NCBI GenBank assembly: GCA_963920595.1
Contig: OY986947.1
Coordinates: 186,001 to 250,000, forward strand
DNA: 64,000 bases
Direction: 5' to 3'
Source: Eimeria praecox
Lineage: Eukaryota
This document shows, piece after piece, positions 26,377 through 41,700 of this stretch. A program made the translations under genes and the position numbers. Under the pieces are notes generated by a model. That model ran no database searches. It was not told the origin of the DNA and worked only from the letters and a program-made list of their open reading frames with translations. Each line of letters begins with the position of its first letter. Position 1 is the stretch's first letter.

Positions 26377-27726
26377 CTGATATGCAGCGGATGTCAGCTG
26401 GCACCTGCAAATGCACCCTCGCATAGCGCTGCTCATACCAAAATGTCAAACAGTCAGCGTTTGTCTGTTCCATGGTAATGCATGACTCGCAGCAGAGCTC
26501 AGCAAAGTCCACAGATGCACTGCTTGTGCAACTGCAACTGTCTACCAACATGGCGTTCTCCACTCCTCGCTGATTAAGCACCCCGCATTAAATTCGCTTC
26601 CCCTTATTGACCAACTATTGCGGACAAACCAGTTCAGTTCACAACGAGACTCACGCACCAACAGAACCGCATAGAATCCACATTAATGGGCGCACGCGTC
26701 ATATTTCCATGCCGGGAGACATGTTCAAGTCACTGACGAATATCTTGTTCCATGCAGCTTACCGTATGCGTACCTCACACCTACACACCAAATCTCATTA
26801 GGTGAACCGTTCACACTCAGAAGCTCAATCCAAATCAACAGTTCTGACTTCTCATTCGCACAAAGCCGCCACTCCCAACAGGTGCGCAGCTACACATGTT
26901 CTTCGGTACTTCAGTGCCGAAGTCCGCATCCAACAAAGTTTCCCCCACTGTATATCTGCTCAACCAACGTTTCCCTCAACGATGCTGCAAACTGTTTCTG
27001 TACAAGCGCACGTCATGGGCGTCAGGCACCGTTTGTAGAAGTTACGTACCACCTGCATCACACTAGTAGCTGGCGAATTCAAGGGCTGCGAAAGGCTGTC
27101 TGCCAAATGTGCTGCATTATTTTGACGCAATGGCACAGGCCTGCCGGATTAGCCAGCTAGCAGTCGAATACCAATGGATATCCCGCTCTTAACAGCGTGC
27201 ACTCGCGGCCAGCTGCCGAACCCCAAACACCGCAAGGTAGCGCTGTTGACCCTTTCATCGCAAACCCGGCAGCAATAATAAAGAAAACGTGCATATCGGC
27301 TTCTCGATACCACGCCACAACAACCCGCCAAAAGACTATCAACTTGCGCTCTTGTGCAGCTGCCCGCCAGAAAACCCCAACATAGCCAGGCATACATCTT
27401 CTGGTGACCGGCACCTTTGTTTTATCAGGGACTCTCATTTCCTACAGCGGCTTTGCTGTTTCTCCCCATCCTAGCCTCCGCCTCCGCCCTCGCCGTCACC
27501 CGCAATATACACACTGCGCGGCGTCAGCAGACTACAAACACGCATAATTATAGCAAGACCTTCAACATGTGCCGGTGCCACACAGAATGAACCCTGCAAA
27601 ATTTGCTGACGCTCTAACAGCAGCGCGCGTAGGGTTCCGTACTAATTTGCTCAAACAGAACAAACCACGTTAATTGCGCAAAGCAAAGAAGCATGATTAG
27701 CTGTGGCCATACAATGCCAAGGATAC

Positions 27727-28477
27727 CTGCAGTTGCAAGCATGCTCTCTGTTGAAGGCCCGCAAACATCCCACAATCCCACAGCCTTACGAGACCTAGTT
27801 CTGCAGAACATTGCAGAGCTTTCTCCACCAACGCAATCAGAATTTGGAAATGCTTCCGCAGTTCATTGTATATGAACTGGTAGGCTTCAAGCATCCAACT
27901 TGTTGAGCCCTATGCTGCCGAAAATCCGAAGCCAAAATTCGACTTATCAGTGGCGACAAGGCCTTCGGCCCAGGCAGCCAAAAGCAGCCATCTGCGTCGA
28001 AATGTGGCTTCAAACTCTTGTCTGCACAAGCGTGAAGTGGCAAGCACCTCCTAACAGCGCTTTAAGCTGGCGTGAGTGTGCTGTTGCGAACTGCTCTCAA
28101 ACCATGGCGCTGCCTTCAAACAGGTGCCCAATCCAGGTAATTCAAGGGCTGCATCTCCACGCACTTGCTTAACACATGGAACGCATTGTTTGGGTATTCC
28201 GCAAGATGACCTGTTCCTCTTGGCCGTCCTTGAAAGGCACAAGCCTCACCTTGGGAGAACAGTGCTTTGCTGGGTTCCCGCCATCCAACGAAGTGGTGGC
28301 GATCGTAGCCCCATCTAGCAAGCATGAACATGCAAAGATGTTCCACAAAATCGGCATCAACAGCAGCAAAGCACCACCGCCATAGAGGCCGCAACAGCCG
28401 AAGACGCCGCCGTACATCTAGCCTGCCTCTTTGCAGCTACACCAACAGAAGCAAGTTAACAAGCAATCGTGCTTTTC
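27727..28477 (-). CDS. WD40-like micro-exon cassette, copy 8 (short unit)
   Basis: Exons 28477-28423, 28314-28282 and 27794-27727. Confidence 0.58.
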
Positions 28478-29828
28478 CTGATATGCAGCGGATGTCAGCT
28501 GGCACCTGCAAATGCACCCTCGCATAGCGCTGCTCATACCAAAATGTCAAACAGTCAGCGTTTGTCTGTTCTATGGTAATGCATGACTCGCAGCAGAGCT
28601 CAGCAAAGTCCACAGATGCACTGCTTGTGCAACTGCAACTGTCTACCAACATGGCGTTCTCCACTCCTCGCTGATTAAGCACCCCGCATTAAATTCGCTT
28701 CCCCTTATTGACCAACTATTGCGGACAAACCAGTTCAGTTCACAACGAGACTCACGCACCAACAGAACCGCATAGAATCCACATTAATGGGCTCACGCGT
28801 CATATTTCCATGCCGGGAGACATGTTCAAGTCACTGACGAATATCTTGTTCCATGCAGCTTGCCGTATGCCTACCTCACACCTACACACCAAATCTCATT
28901 AGGTGAACCGTTCACACTCAGAAGCTCAATCCAAATCAACAGTTCTGACTTCTCATTCGCACAAAGCCGCCACTCCCAACAGGTGCGCAGCTACACATGT
29001 TCTTCGATACTTCAGTGCCGAAGTCCGCATCCAACAAAGTTTCCCCCACTGTATATCTGCTCAACCAACGTTTCCCTCAACGATGCTGCAAACTGTTTCT
29101 GTGCAAGCGAACGTCATGGGCGTCAGGCACCGTTTGTAGAAGTTACGTACCACCTGCATCACACTAGTAGCTGGCGAATTCAAGGGCTGCGAAAGGCTGT
29201 CTGACAATTGTGCTGCATTATTTTGACGCAATGGCACAGGCCTGCCGGATTAGCCAGCTAGCAGTCGAATACCAATGGATATCCCGCTCCTAACAGCGTG
29301 CACTCGCGGCCAGCTGCCGAACCCCAAACACCGCAAGGTAGCGCTGTTGACCCTTTCATCACAAACCCGGCAGCAATAATAAAGAAAACGTGCATATCGG
29401 CATCTCGATACCACGCCTCAACATCCCGCCAAAAGACTATCAACTTGCGCTCGTGTGCAGCTGCCCGCCAGAAAACCCCAACATAGCCAGGCATACATCT
29501 TCTGGTGACCGGCACCCTTGTTTTTATCAGGGACTCTCATTTCCTACAGCGGCTGTGCTGTTTCTCCCCATCCTAGCCTCCGCCTCCGCCCTCGCCGTCA
29601 CCCGCAATATACACACTGCGCGGCGTTAGCAGACTACAAACACGCATAATTATAGCAAGACCTTCAACATGTGCCGGTGCCACACAGAATGAACCCTGCA
29701 AAATTTGCTGACGCTCTAACAGCAGCGCGCGTAGGGTTCCGTACTAATTTGCTCAAACAGAACAAACCACGTTAACTGCGCAAAGCAAAGAAGCATGATT
29801 AGCTGTGGCCATACAATGCCAAGGATAC

Positions 29829-30579
29829 CTGCAGTTGCAAGCATGCTCTCTGTTGAAGGCCCGTAAACATCCCACAATCCCACAGCCTTACGAGACCTAG
29901 TTCTGCAGAACACTGCAGAGCTTTCTCCACCAACGCAATCAGAATTTGGAAATGCTTCCGCAGTTCATTGTATATGAACTGGTAGGCTTCAAGCATCCAA
30001 CTTGTTGAGCCATATGCTGCCGAAAATCCGAAGCCAAAATTCGACTTATCAGTGGCGACAAGGCCTTCGGCCCAGGCAGCCAAAAGCAGCCATCTGCGTC
30101 GAAATGTGGCTTCAAACTCTTGTCTGCACAAGCGTGAAGTGGCACGCACCTCCCAACAGCGCTTTAAGTCGGCGTGAGTGTGCTGTTGCGGACTGCTCTC
30201 AAACCATGGCGCTGCCTTCAAACAGGTGCCCAATCCAGGTAATTCAAGGGCTGCATCTCCACGCACTTGCTTAACACATGGAACGCATTGTTTGGATATT
30301 CCGCAAGATGACCTGTTCCTCTTGGCCGTCCTTGAAAGGCACAAGCCTCACCTTGGGAGAACAGTGCTTTGCTGGGTTCCCGCCATCCAACGAAGTGGTG
30401 GCGATCGTAGCCCCATCTAGCAAGCATGAACATGCAAAGATGTTCCACAAAATCGGCATCAACAGCAGCAAAGCACCACCGCCATAGAGGCCGCAACAGC
30501 CGAAGACGCCGCCGTACATCTAGCCTGCCTCTTTGCAGCTGCACCAACAGAAGCAAGTTAACAAGCAATCGTGCTTTTC
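29829..30579 (-). CDS. WD40-like micro-exon cassette, copy 9
   Basis: Exons 30579-30525, 30416-30384 and 29896-29829. There is a synonymous TGT>TGC (Cys) change in the first exon and an Ala>Thr change in the last. Confidence 0.58.
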
Positions 30580-33500
30580 CTGATATGCAGCGGATGTCAG
30601 CTGGCACCTGCAAATGCACCTTCGCATGGCGCTGCTCATACCAAAATGTCAAACAGTCAGCGTTTGTCTGTTCCATGGTAATGCATGACTCGCAGCAGCG
30701 CTTAGCAAAGCCAACTGATGCACTGCTTGTGCAAATGCAATTGCCTACCAACATGGCGTTCTCCAGCCCTCGCTGATTAAGCACCCCGCGTTAAATTCGC
30801 TTCCCCTTATTGACCAACTATTGCGGACAAACCAGTTCAGTTCACAACGAGACTCACGCACCAACAGAACCGCATAGAGTCCGCATTAATGGGCTCACGC
30901 GTCATATTTCCATGCCGGGAGACATGTTCAAGCCACTGACGAATATCTTGTTCCATGCAGCTTGCCGTATGCGCACCTCCTGCGTTACGCCAAACAAAAA
31001 ACATCTATTAAACCGGATGCAATAAGCGTGAGTACTACGCGAGGAGCTGAGGCGGTTTAAAGGGAATAAATCAACCCTAACCTCTAGACGCAAAATTGCC
31101 TCTCACTGCAGTGGCCTAAACACCACAGTGCTTTGCCGCTCCAGCACCACATGATGCGAGCTAATTACTTCGGTGGTGCCAACACAGACTGACGTCGACC
31201 ATCGTGTCTGTTTGCATCCCTTAGAAATATTGAATGCACAGATGCAAAGATGAATGAGTTATACGAAACTACCCTCATCTTCAGGATGCGCGTAAACTAA
31301 GCAGAACGCGTTTCGAGCGAAACTGCCCGCAGAAAAATCGCGTAGCAGTTACGCTGCCTAATGAATGGCCATATGGACCTCGCCTGGTTCCCATCAGCAA
31401 ATGGGGAACCTGGTGGCCAGCCATCACTCAGCAGCCTGATCCCTAAAGCGTGTTCTCTGGAAAGATCAAGCACTGGGCACCTAGTACACACATCGCGAGC
31501 CCCTAGCAAAACAAAACCACTTGTCCTGCCGCACGGCGCCTTAAACGTACTACCGCAACCGCAAGCAAGCCTCCTCCTAACACAGTGTATTGCTCCACTC
31601 TGTGCTGCTCATTAAGCTCTGTCTGCATCGAAGCCAAAACGCATGGATTGTCATGCCACCGGCGTCAATGCACCCGCTGTTAGGAGGACGTTTGCGCGTC
31701 ATGCAAAAGGCACCCAAACGTTCTTTTTTCAGAAACACACTTAAATGACCTGAAGCGTGACTTACCTCAAGCCCACGGCGACGCTGCCCACCAGAGCGAG
31801 AGCAGCGCTGCTTACCTGCATGCAAATAAGTAGCTTCTCTGCAAAGCGGAACTGCACAGCAGTACCTCTGGGGACAAACGATGCATTGCACACCTCCAAC
31901 GGTGGAGTCGATGGAAATGCTTGCGGCTGGACAGGATGTTCGCCAGACGTTTTACAGCACAGCACCACCTAACTCGAGCCCAAATCCAGCTGGAAAGGAT
32001 TGACGCACTTCCTGAGATCGTAAACAACGTGCAGCGCTCAGGGTGCGACTAGTGCCGTTTGGCGTTCCCCATAGTTGAATGCGCTTCTCTATGGGGCGAT
32101 GCAGCTTCCACCCGGCTATCTAAATCCATGATGCAGTCCACTGAGACTAGTCCAATTAACCTTCTCCTTTTACGGCAGTCGCCGTAAGCAGGCACAGCCC
32201 TGCCACATGCAGGCTCTACTGCAGACAAACAGGCCATCCTTACTTTTGCATCGCCGCCTTTAAAGACGTATATACAGAAACGTGCAGGCACGCGACACAC
32301 CTGCATGCACCTCCTGCTGGTGCAGGAACATTCTCCGACACCTAGAGAACAATCGACCGAAACGTGCTCGAAATAGCTTTGCGTCATCCTCCCTTTCGCT
32401 CTTCAGTTGCTGCTGCAACCTCCCGTTAGCCCGCGTTAAATAATGCCCAACACCGAAACACATGTCCACATCCACACTGCTTACCGACATCCGCCGCAAG
32501 TAGCATACAACCACTGCGCTTAACTGGGCGTCCAGATAGAGGCAGTCTTAGGCACCTCCTACCTTCAAAGTGTCGTCAACACAGCCAACCGCACGACGAA
32601 GGCACTCTGGCCACAAACCTGCCATAGCATGGCTGTCCACCCACCTCCTGTATTTCAGAAAGTGCGACGACTGTTCAGGGCCTTGAGAAAATAAGAAGCT
32701 GCCCTTCAGCACCTTTCAACATTGTATCTACATAGCAGCCTGCATCACGCGACTTGGGGGAGATCTTCAAACGGCACTGGCACCCCAACCAGCTCCATAA
32801 CCTCAGTTCCGCACCCTCCTCGCCTTGCTGGGCTTGCGTCGAACTGCTTCTGCCTATTCAACGGTTCCCTCTTTTTGACAACGTTGGCATTGACGCCCAA
32901 TGCGAGTCTCCATAGCTGGCGCGAAAACACCAAAAATCGAACAGTCGTTAGCGCAGAGTGCTGACACACAACTAGGCCACTCGGGTTCACAAATGCGCTC
33001 CACCGTGCATTCCGAAGCACGACCAAACGCACTATGCACACTAATGAGCGCATGTGCACGATGTCGAAGCTGGCACAATAAATGGAGACGCTCCGAAACC
33101 CACACTCGTCGTTCCATCCGCAAGAAGGGCCTAACATACATTACGGCGATACCAGCCTACGATTGGCTTACGATTATCGCGAGGACCTTCCAACTACGTT
33201 GGCCTAGCCTCGCCATGTAGGCATAGCGCACCCACACACCGAATCTCATCAGGTGAACCGTTCACACTCAGAAGCTCAATCCAAATCAACAGTTCTGACT
33301 TCTCATTCGAACAAAGCCGCCACTCCCAACAGGTGCGCAGGTACACATGTTCTTCGATACTTCAGTGCCGAAGTCCGCATCCAACAAAGAATCCCCCACT
33401 GTATATCTGCTCAAGCAACGTTTCCCTCAAGGATGCTGCAAACTGTTTCTGTGCAAGCGAACGTCAGGGGTATCAGCTCGCGTGTGTAGCAGGAACATAC

Positions 33501-34176
33501 AATCTGCTTCACACTAGTAGCTGGCGAATTCAAGGGCTGCGAAAGGCTGTCTGCCAAATGTGCTGCATTATTTGACCCAATGGCACATGCCCGCCGGATT
33601 AGCCAGCTAGCAGTCGAACACCAAGGGATATCCCGCTCCTAACAGCGTGCACTCGTGGCCAGCTGCCGAACCCCAAACACCGCAAGGTAGCGCTGTTGAC
33701 CATTTCATCACAAACCCGGCAGCAATAATAAAGAAAACGTGCATATCGGCATCTCGATACCACGCCGCAACAACCCGCCAAAAGACTATCAACTTGCGCT
33801 CTTCTGCAGCTGCCCGCCAGAGAACCCCAACATAGCCAGGCATACATCTTCTGGTGACCGGCACCTTTGTTTTATCAGGGACTCTCATTCCCTACAGCGG
33901 CTGTGCTGTTTCTCCCCATCCTAGCCTCCGCCTCCGCCCTCGCCGTCACCCGCAATATACACACTGCGCGACGTTAGCAGACTACAAACACGCATAATTA
34001 TAGCAAGACCTTCAACATGTGCCGGTGCCACACAGAATGAACCCTGCAAAATTTGCTGACGCTCTAACAGCAGCGCGCGTAGTGTTCCGTACTAATTTGC
34101 TCAAACAGAACAAACCACGTTAATTGCGCAAAGCAAAGAAGCATGATTAGCTGTGGCCATACAATGCCAAGGATAC

Positions 34177-34927
34177 CTGCAGTTGCAAGCATGCTCTCTG
34201 TTGAAGGCCCGTAAACATCCCACAATCCCACAGCCTTACGAGACCTAGTTCTGCAGAACATTGCAGAGCTTTCTCCACCAACGCAATCAGAATTTGGAAA
34301 TGCTTCCCCAGTTCATTGTATATGAACTGGTCGGCTTCAAGCATCCAACTTGTTGAGCCATATGCTGCCGAAAATCCGAAGCCAAAATTCGACTTATCAG
34401 TGGCGACAAGGCCTTCGGCCCAGGCAGCCAAAAGCAGCCATCTGCGTCGAAATGTGGCTTCAAACTCTTGTCTGCACAAGCGTGAAGTGGCACGCACCTT
34501 TCAACAACGCTTTAAGCCGGCGTGAGTGTGCTGTTGCGGACTGCTCTCAAACCATGGCGCTGCCTTCAAACAGGTGCCCAATCCAGGTAATTCAAGGGCT
34601 GCATCTCCACGCACTTGCTTAACACATGGAACGCATTGTTTGGATATTCCGCAAGATGACCTGTTCCTCTTGGCCGTCCTTGAAAGGCACAAGCCTCACC
34701 TTGGGAGAACAGTGCTTTGCTGGGTTCCCGCCATCCAACGAAGTGGTGGCGATCGTAGCCCCATCTAGCAAGCATGAACATGCAAAGATGTTCCACAAAA
34801 TCGGCATCGACAGGAGCAAAGCACCACCGCCATAGAGGCCGCAACCGCTGAAGACGCCGCCGTACATCTAGCCTGCCTCTTTGCAGCTACACCAACAGAA
34901 GCAAGTTAACAAGCAATCGTGCTTTTC
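34177..34927 (-). CDS. WD40-like micro-exon cassette, copy 10 (short unit)
   Basis: Exons 34927-34873, 34764-34732 and 34244-34177; it shares the Ala>Thr variant with copy 9. Confidence 0.58.
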
Positions 34928-36277
34928 CTGATATGCAGCGGATGTCAGCCGGCACCTGCAAATGCACCCTCGCATAGCGCTGCTCATACCAAAATGTCAA
35001 ACAGTCAGCGTTTGTCTGTTCCATGGTAATGCATAACTCGCAGCAGAGCTCAGCAAAGTCCACAGATGCACTGCTTGTGCAACTGCAATTGTCTGCCAAC
35101 ATGGCGTTCTCCAGCCCTCGCTGATTAAGCACCCCGCGTTAAATTCGCTTCCCCTTATTGACCAACTATTGCGGACAAACCAGTTCAGTTCACAACGAGA
35201 CTCACGCACCAACAGAACCGCATAGACTCCGCATTAATGAGCTCACGTGTGATATTTCCATGCCGGGAGACATGTTCAAATCATTGACGAATATCTTGTT
35301 CCATGCAGCTTGCCGTATGCCTACCTCACACCTACACACCAAATCTCATTAGGTGAACCGTTCACACTCAGAAGCTCAATCCAAATCAACAGTTCTGACT
35401 TCTCATTCGAACAAAGCCGCCACTCCCAACAGGTGCGCAGCTACACATGTTCTTCGATACTTCAGTGCCGAAGTCCGCATCCGACAAAGTTTCCCCCACT
35501 GTATATCTGCTCAACCAACGTTTCCCTCAACGATGCTGCAAACTGTTTCTGTGCAAGCGAACGTCAGGGGTATCAGCTCGCGTGTGTAGCAGGAACATAC
35601 AATCTGCTTCACACTAGTAGCTGGCGAATTCAAGGGCTGCGAAAGGCTGTCTGCCAAATGTGTTGCATTATTTGACCCAATGGCACAGGCCTGCCGGATT
35701 AGCCAGCTAGCAGTCGAACGCCAATGGATATCCCGCTCCTAACAGCGTGCACTCGTGGCCAGCTGCCGAACCCCAAACACCGCTAGGTAGCGCTGTTGGC
35801 CATTTCATCACAAACCCGGCAGCAATAATAAAGAAAACGTGCATATCGGCATCTCGATACCACGCCGCAACAACCCGCCAAAAGACTATCAACTTGCGCT
35901 CTTGTGCAGCTGCCCGCCAGAAAACCCCAACATAGCCAGGCATACATCTTCTGGTCACCGGCACCCTTATTGTATCAGGGACTCCCATTTCCTACAGCGG
36001 CTGTGCTGTTTCTCCCCCTTCCTAGCCTCCGCCTCCGCCCTCGCCATCTCCCGCAATATAGACACTGCGCGACGTCAGCAGACTACAAATACGCATAATT
36101 ATAGCAAGACCTTCAACATGTGCCGGTGCCACACAGAATGAACCCTGCAAAATTTGCTGACGCTCTAACAGCAGCGCGCGTAGGGTTCCGTACTAATTTG
36201 CTCAAACAGAACAAACCACGTTAACTGCGCAAAGCAAAGAAGCATGATTAGCTGTGGCCATACAATGCCAAGGATAC

Positions 36278-36345
36278 CTGCAGTTGCAAGCATGCTCTCT
36301 GTTGAAGGCCCGCAAACATCCCACAATCCCACAGCCTTACGAGAC
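36278..36345 (-). pseudogene. Orphan last exon (GLVRLWDC...LQLQ) of the WD40-like cassette
   Basis: The 68-nt exon is intact, but the two upstream exons are removed by a ~330-bp deletion (junction ~36750-36775). Confidence 0.5.
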
Positions 36346-38045
36346 CTAGTTCTGCAGAACATTGCAGAGCTTTCTCCACCAACGCAATCAGAATTTGGAA
36401 ATGCTTCCGCAGTTCATTGTATATGAACTGGTAGGCTTCAAGCATCCAACTTGTTGAGCCATATGCTGCCGAAAATCCGAAGCCAAAATTCGACTTATCA
36501 GTGGCGACAAGGCCTTCGGCCCAGGCAGCCAAAAGCAGCCATCTGCGTCGAAATGTGGCTTCAAAGTCTTGTCTGCACAAGCGTGAAGTGGCACGCACCT
36601 TTCAACAACGCTTTAAGTCGGCGTGAGTGTGCTGTTGCGGACTGCTCTCAAACCATGGCGCTGCCTTCAAACAAGTGCCCAATCCAGGTAATTCAAGGGC
36701 TGCATCTCCACGGACTTTCTTAACACATGGAGCGCATTGTTTAGATATTGTGCAAGCTTACTCTTGTGAAAGAGTCCGCGTTTGTCTGTTCTATGGTAAT
36801 GCATGACTCGCAGCAGAGCTAAGCAAAGTCAACTGATGCACTGCTTGTGCAACTGCAAATGTCTGCCATCGTGGCGTTCTTCAGCCCTCGCTGATTAAGC
36901 ACCCCGCATTAAATTCGCTTCCCTTATTGACCAACTATTGCGGACAAACCAGTTCAGTTCACAACGAGACTCATGCGCTGACAGAACCGCATAGAATCCA
37001 CATTAATGGGCTCACGCGTCATATTTCCATGCCGGGAGACATGTTCAAGTCACTGACGAATATCTTGTTCCATGCAGCTTGCCGTATGCGTACCTCACAC
37101 CTACACACCAAATCTCATTAGGTGAACCGTTCACACTCAGAAGCTCAATCCAAATCAACAGTTCTGACTTCTCATTCGAACAAAGCCGCCACTCCCAACA
37201 GGTGCGCAGCTACACATGTTCTTCGATACTTCAGTGCCGAAGCCCGCATCCAACAAAGGTTCCCCCACTGTATATCTGCTCACGCGACATTTCCCTCAAC
37301 GATGCTGCAAACTGTTTCTGTGCAAGCGAACGTCATGGGCGTCAGGCACCGTTTGTAGAAGTTACGTACCACCTGTATCACACTAGTAGCTGGCGAATTC
37401 AAGGGCTGCGAAAGGCTGTCTGCCAAATGTGTTGCATTATTTGACCCAATGGCACAGGCCCGCCGGATTAGCCAGCTAGCAGTCGAACACCAATGGATAT
37501 CCCGCTCCTAACAGCGAGCACTCGTGGTCAGCTGCCGAACCCCAAACACCGCAAGGTAGCGCTGTTGAACATTTCATCACAAACCCGGCAGCAATAATAA
37601 AGAAAACGTGCATATCGGCTTCTCGAAACCATGCCGCAACAACCCGCCAAAAGACTATCAACTTGCGCTCTTGTGCAGCTGCCCGCCAGAAAACCCCAAC
37701 ATAGCCAGGCATACATCTTCTGGTCACCGGCACCCTTATTGTATCAGGGACTCCCATTTCCTACAGCGGCTGTGCTGTTTCTCCCCATCCTAGCCTCCGC
37801 CTCCGCCCTCGCCGTCACCCGCAATATACACACTGCGCGACGTCAGCAGACTACAAACACGCATAATTATAGCAAGACCTTCAACATGTGCCGGTGCCAC
37901 ACAGAATGAACCCTGCAAAATTTGCTGACGCTCTAACAGCAGCGCGCGTAGGGTTCCGTACTAATTTGCTCAAACAGAACAAACCACGTTAATTGCGCAA
38001 AGGAAAGAAGCATGATTAGCTGTGGCCATACAATGCCAAGGATAC

Positions 38046-38796
38046 CTGCAGTTGCAAGCATGCTCTCTGTTGAAGGCCCGCAAACATCCCACAATCCCAC
38101 AGCCTTACGAGACCTAGTTCTGCAGAACACTGCAGAGCTTTCTCCACCAACGCAATCAGAATTTGGAAATGCTTCCGCAGTTCATTGTATATGAACTGGT
38201 CGGCTTCAAGCATCCAACTTGTTGAGCCATATGCTGCCGAAAATCCGAAGCCAAAATTCGACTTATCAGTGGCGACAAGGCCTTCGGCCCAGGCAGCCAA
38301 AAGCAGCCATCTGCGTCGAAATGTGGCTTCAAACTCTTGTCTGCACAAGCGTGAAGTGGCAAGCACCTCCTAACAGCGCTTTAAGCCGGCGTGAGTGTGC
38401 TGTTGCGAACTGCTCTCAAACCATGGCGCTGCCTTCAAACAGGTGCCCAATCCAGGTAATTCAAGGGCTGCATCTCCACGCACTTGCTTAACACATGGAG
38501 CGCATTGTTTGGGTATTCCGCAAGATGACCTGTTCCTCTTGGCCGTCCTTGAAAGGCACAAGCCTCACCTTGGGAGAACAGTGCTTTGCTGGGTTCCCGC
38601 CATCCAACGAAGTGGTGGCGATCGTAGCCCCATCTAGCAAGCATGAACATGCAAAGATGTTCCACAAAATCGGCATCGACAGCAGCAAAGCACCACCGCC
38701 ATAGAGGCCGCAACCGCTGAAGACGCCGCCGTACATCTAGCCTGCCTCTTTGCAGCTACACCAACAGAAGCAAGTTAACAAGCAATCGTGCTTTTC
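38046..38796 (-). CDS. WD40-like micro-exon cassette, copy 11 (most 5' complete copy on the minus strand)
   Basis: Exons 38796-38742, 38633-38601 and 38113-38046. Confidence 0.58.
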
Positions 38797-41700
38797 CTGA
38801 TATGCAGCGGATGTCAGCCGGCACCTGCAAATGCACCCTCGCATAGCGCTGCTCATACCAAAATGTCAAACAGTCAGCGTTTGTCTGTTCCATGGTAATG
38901 CATGACTCGCAGCAGCGCTCAGCAATGTCAACTGATGCACTGCTTGTGCAAATGCAATTGCCTACCAACATGGCGTTCTCCAGCCCTCGCTGATTAAGCA
39001 CCCCGCGTTAAATTCGCTTCCCCTTATTGACCAACTATTGCGGACAAACCAGTTCAGTTCACAACGAGACTCACGCACCAACAGAACCGCATAGAGTCCG
39101 CATTAATGGGCTCACGTGTGATATTTCCATGCCGGGAGACATGTTCAAATCATTGACGAATATCTTGTTCCATGCAGCTTGCCGTATGCGCACCTCCTGC
39201 GTTACGCCAAACAAAAAACATCTATTGAACCGGATGCAATAAGCATGAGTACTAAGCGAGGAGCTGAGGCGGTTTAAAGGGAATAAATCAACCCTAACCT
39301 CTAGACGCAAAATTGCCTCTCACTGCAGTGACCTAAACACCACAGTGCTTTGCCGCTCCAGCACCACATGATGCGAGCTAATTACTTCGGTGGTGCCAAC
39401 ACAGACTGACGTCGACCATCGTGTCTGTTTGCATCCCTTAGAAATATTGAATGCACAGATGCAAAGATGAATGAGTTATACGAAACTACCATCATCTTCA
39501 GGATGCGCGTAAACTAAGCAGAACGCGTTTCGAGCGAAACTGTCCGCAGAAAAATCGCGTAGCAGTTACGCTGCCTAATGAATGGCCATATGGACCTCGC
39601 CTGGTTCCCATCAGCAAATGGGGAACCTGGTGGCCAGCCATCACTCAGCAGCCTGATCCCTAAAGCGTGTTCTCTGGAAAGATCAAGCACTGGGCACCTA
39701 GTACACACATCGCGAGCCCCTAGCAAAACAAAACCACTTGTCCTGCCGCACGGCGCCTTAAACGTACTAGCGCAACCGCAAGCAAGCCTCCTCCTAACAC
39801 AGTGTATTGCTCCACTCTGTGCTGCTCATTAAGCTCTGTCTGCATCGAAGCCAAAACGCATGGATTGTCATGCCACCGGCGTCAATGCACCCGCTGTTAG
39901 GAGGACGTTTGCGCGTCATGCAAAAGGCACCCAAACGTTCTTTTTTCAGAAACACACTTAAATGACCTGAAGCGTGACTTACCTCAAGCCCACGGCGACG
40001 CTGCCCACCAGAGCGAGAGCAGCGCTGCTTACCTGCATGCAAATAAGTAGCTTCTCTGCAAAGCGGAACTGCACAGCAGTACCTCTGGGGACAAACGATG
40101 CATTGCACACCTCCAACGGTGGAGTCGATGGAAATGCTTGCGGCTGGACAGGATGTTCGCCAGACGTTTTACAGCACAGCACCACCTAACTCGAGCCCAA
40201 ATCCAGCTGGAAAGGATTGACGCACTTCCTGAGATCGTAAACAACGTGCAGCGCTCAGGGTGCGACTAGTGCCGTTTGGCGTTCCCCATAGTTGAATGCG
40301 CTTCTCTATGGGGCGATGCAGCTTCCACCCGGCTATCTAAATCCATGATGCAGTCCACTGAGACTAGTCCAATTAACCTTCTCCTTTTACGGCAGTCGCC
40401 GTAAGCAGGCACAGCCCTGCCACATGCAGGCTCTACTGCAGACAAACAGGCCATCCTTACTTTTGCATCGCCGCCTTTAAAGACGTATATACAGAAACGT
40501 GCAGGCACGCGACACACCTGCATGCACCTCCTGCTGGTGCAGGAACATTCTCCGACACCTAGAGAACAATCGACCGAAACGTGCTCGAAATAGCTTTGCG
40601 TCATCCTCCCTTTCGCTCTTCAGTTGCTGCTGCAACCTCCCGTTAGCCCGCGTTAAATAATGCCCAACACCGAAACACATGTCCACATCCACACTGCTTA
40701 CCGACATCCGCCGCAAGTAGCATACAACCACTGCGCTTAACTGGGCGTCCAGATAGAGGCAGTCTTAGGCACCTCCTACCTTCAAAGTGTCGTCAACACA
40801 GCCAACCGCACGACGAAGGCACTCTGGCCACAAACCTGCCATAGCATGGCTGTCCACCCACCTCCTGTATTTCAGAAAGTGCGACGACTGTTCAGGGCCT
40901 TGAGAAAATAAGAAGCTGCCCTTCAGCACCTTTCAACATTGTATCTACATAGCAGCCTGCATCACGCGACTTGGGGGAGATCTTCAAACGGCACTGGCAC
41001 CCCAACCAGCTCCATAACCTCAGTTCCGCACCCTCCTCGCCTTGCTGGGCTTGCGTCGAACTGCTTCTGCCTATTCAACGGTTCCCTCTTTTTGACAACG
41101 TTGGCATTGACGCCCAATGCGAGTCTCCATAGCTGGCGCGAAAACACCAAAAATCGAACAGTCGTTAGCGCAGAGTGCTGACACACAACTAGGCCACTCG
41201 GGTTCACAAATGCGCTCCACCGTGCATTCCGAAGCACGACCAAACGCACTATGCACACTAATGAGCGCATGTGCACGATGTCGAAGCTGGCACAATAAAT
41301 GGAGACGCTCCGAAACCCACACTCGTCGTTCCATCCGCAAGAAGGGCCTAACATACATTACGGCGTTACCAGCCTACGATTGGCTTACGATTATCGCGAG
41401 GACCTTCCAACTACGTTGACCTAGCCTCGCCATGTAGGCATAGCGCACCCACACACCGACTCTCATCAGGTGAACCGTTCACACTCAGAAGCTCAATCCA
41501 AATCAACAGTTCTGACTTCTCATTCGAACAAAGCCGCAACTCCCAACAGGTGCGCAACTACACATGTTCTTCGATACTTCAGTGCCGAAGTCCGCATCCA
41601 ACAAAGAATCCCCCACTGTATATCTGCTCAACCAACGTTTCCCTCAACGATGCTGCAAACTGTTTCTGTGCAAGCGAACGTCAGGGGTATCAGCTCGCGT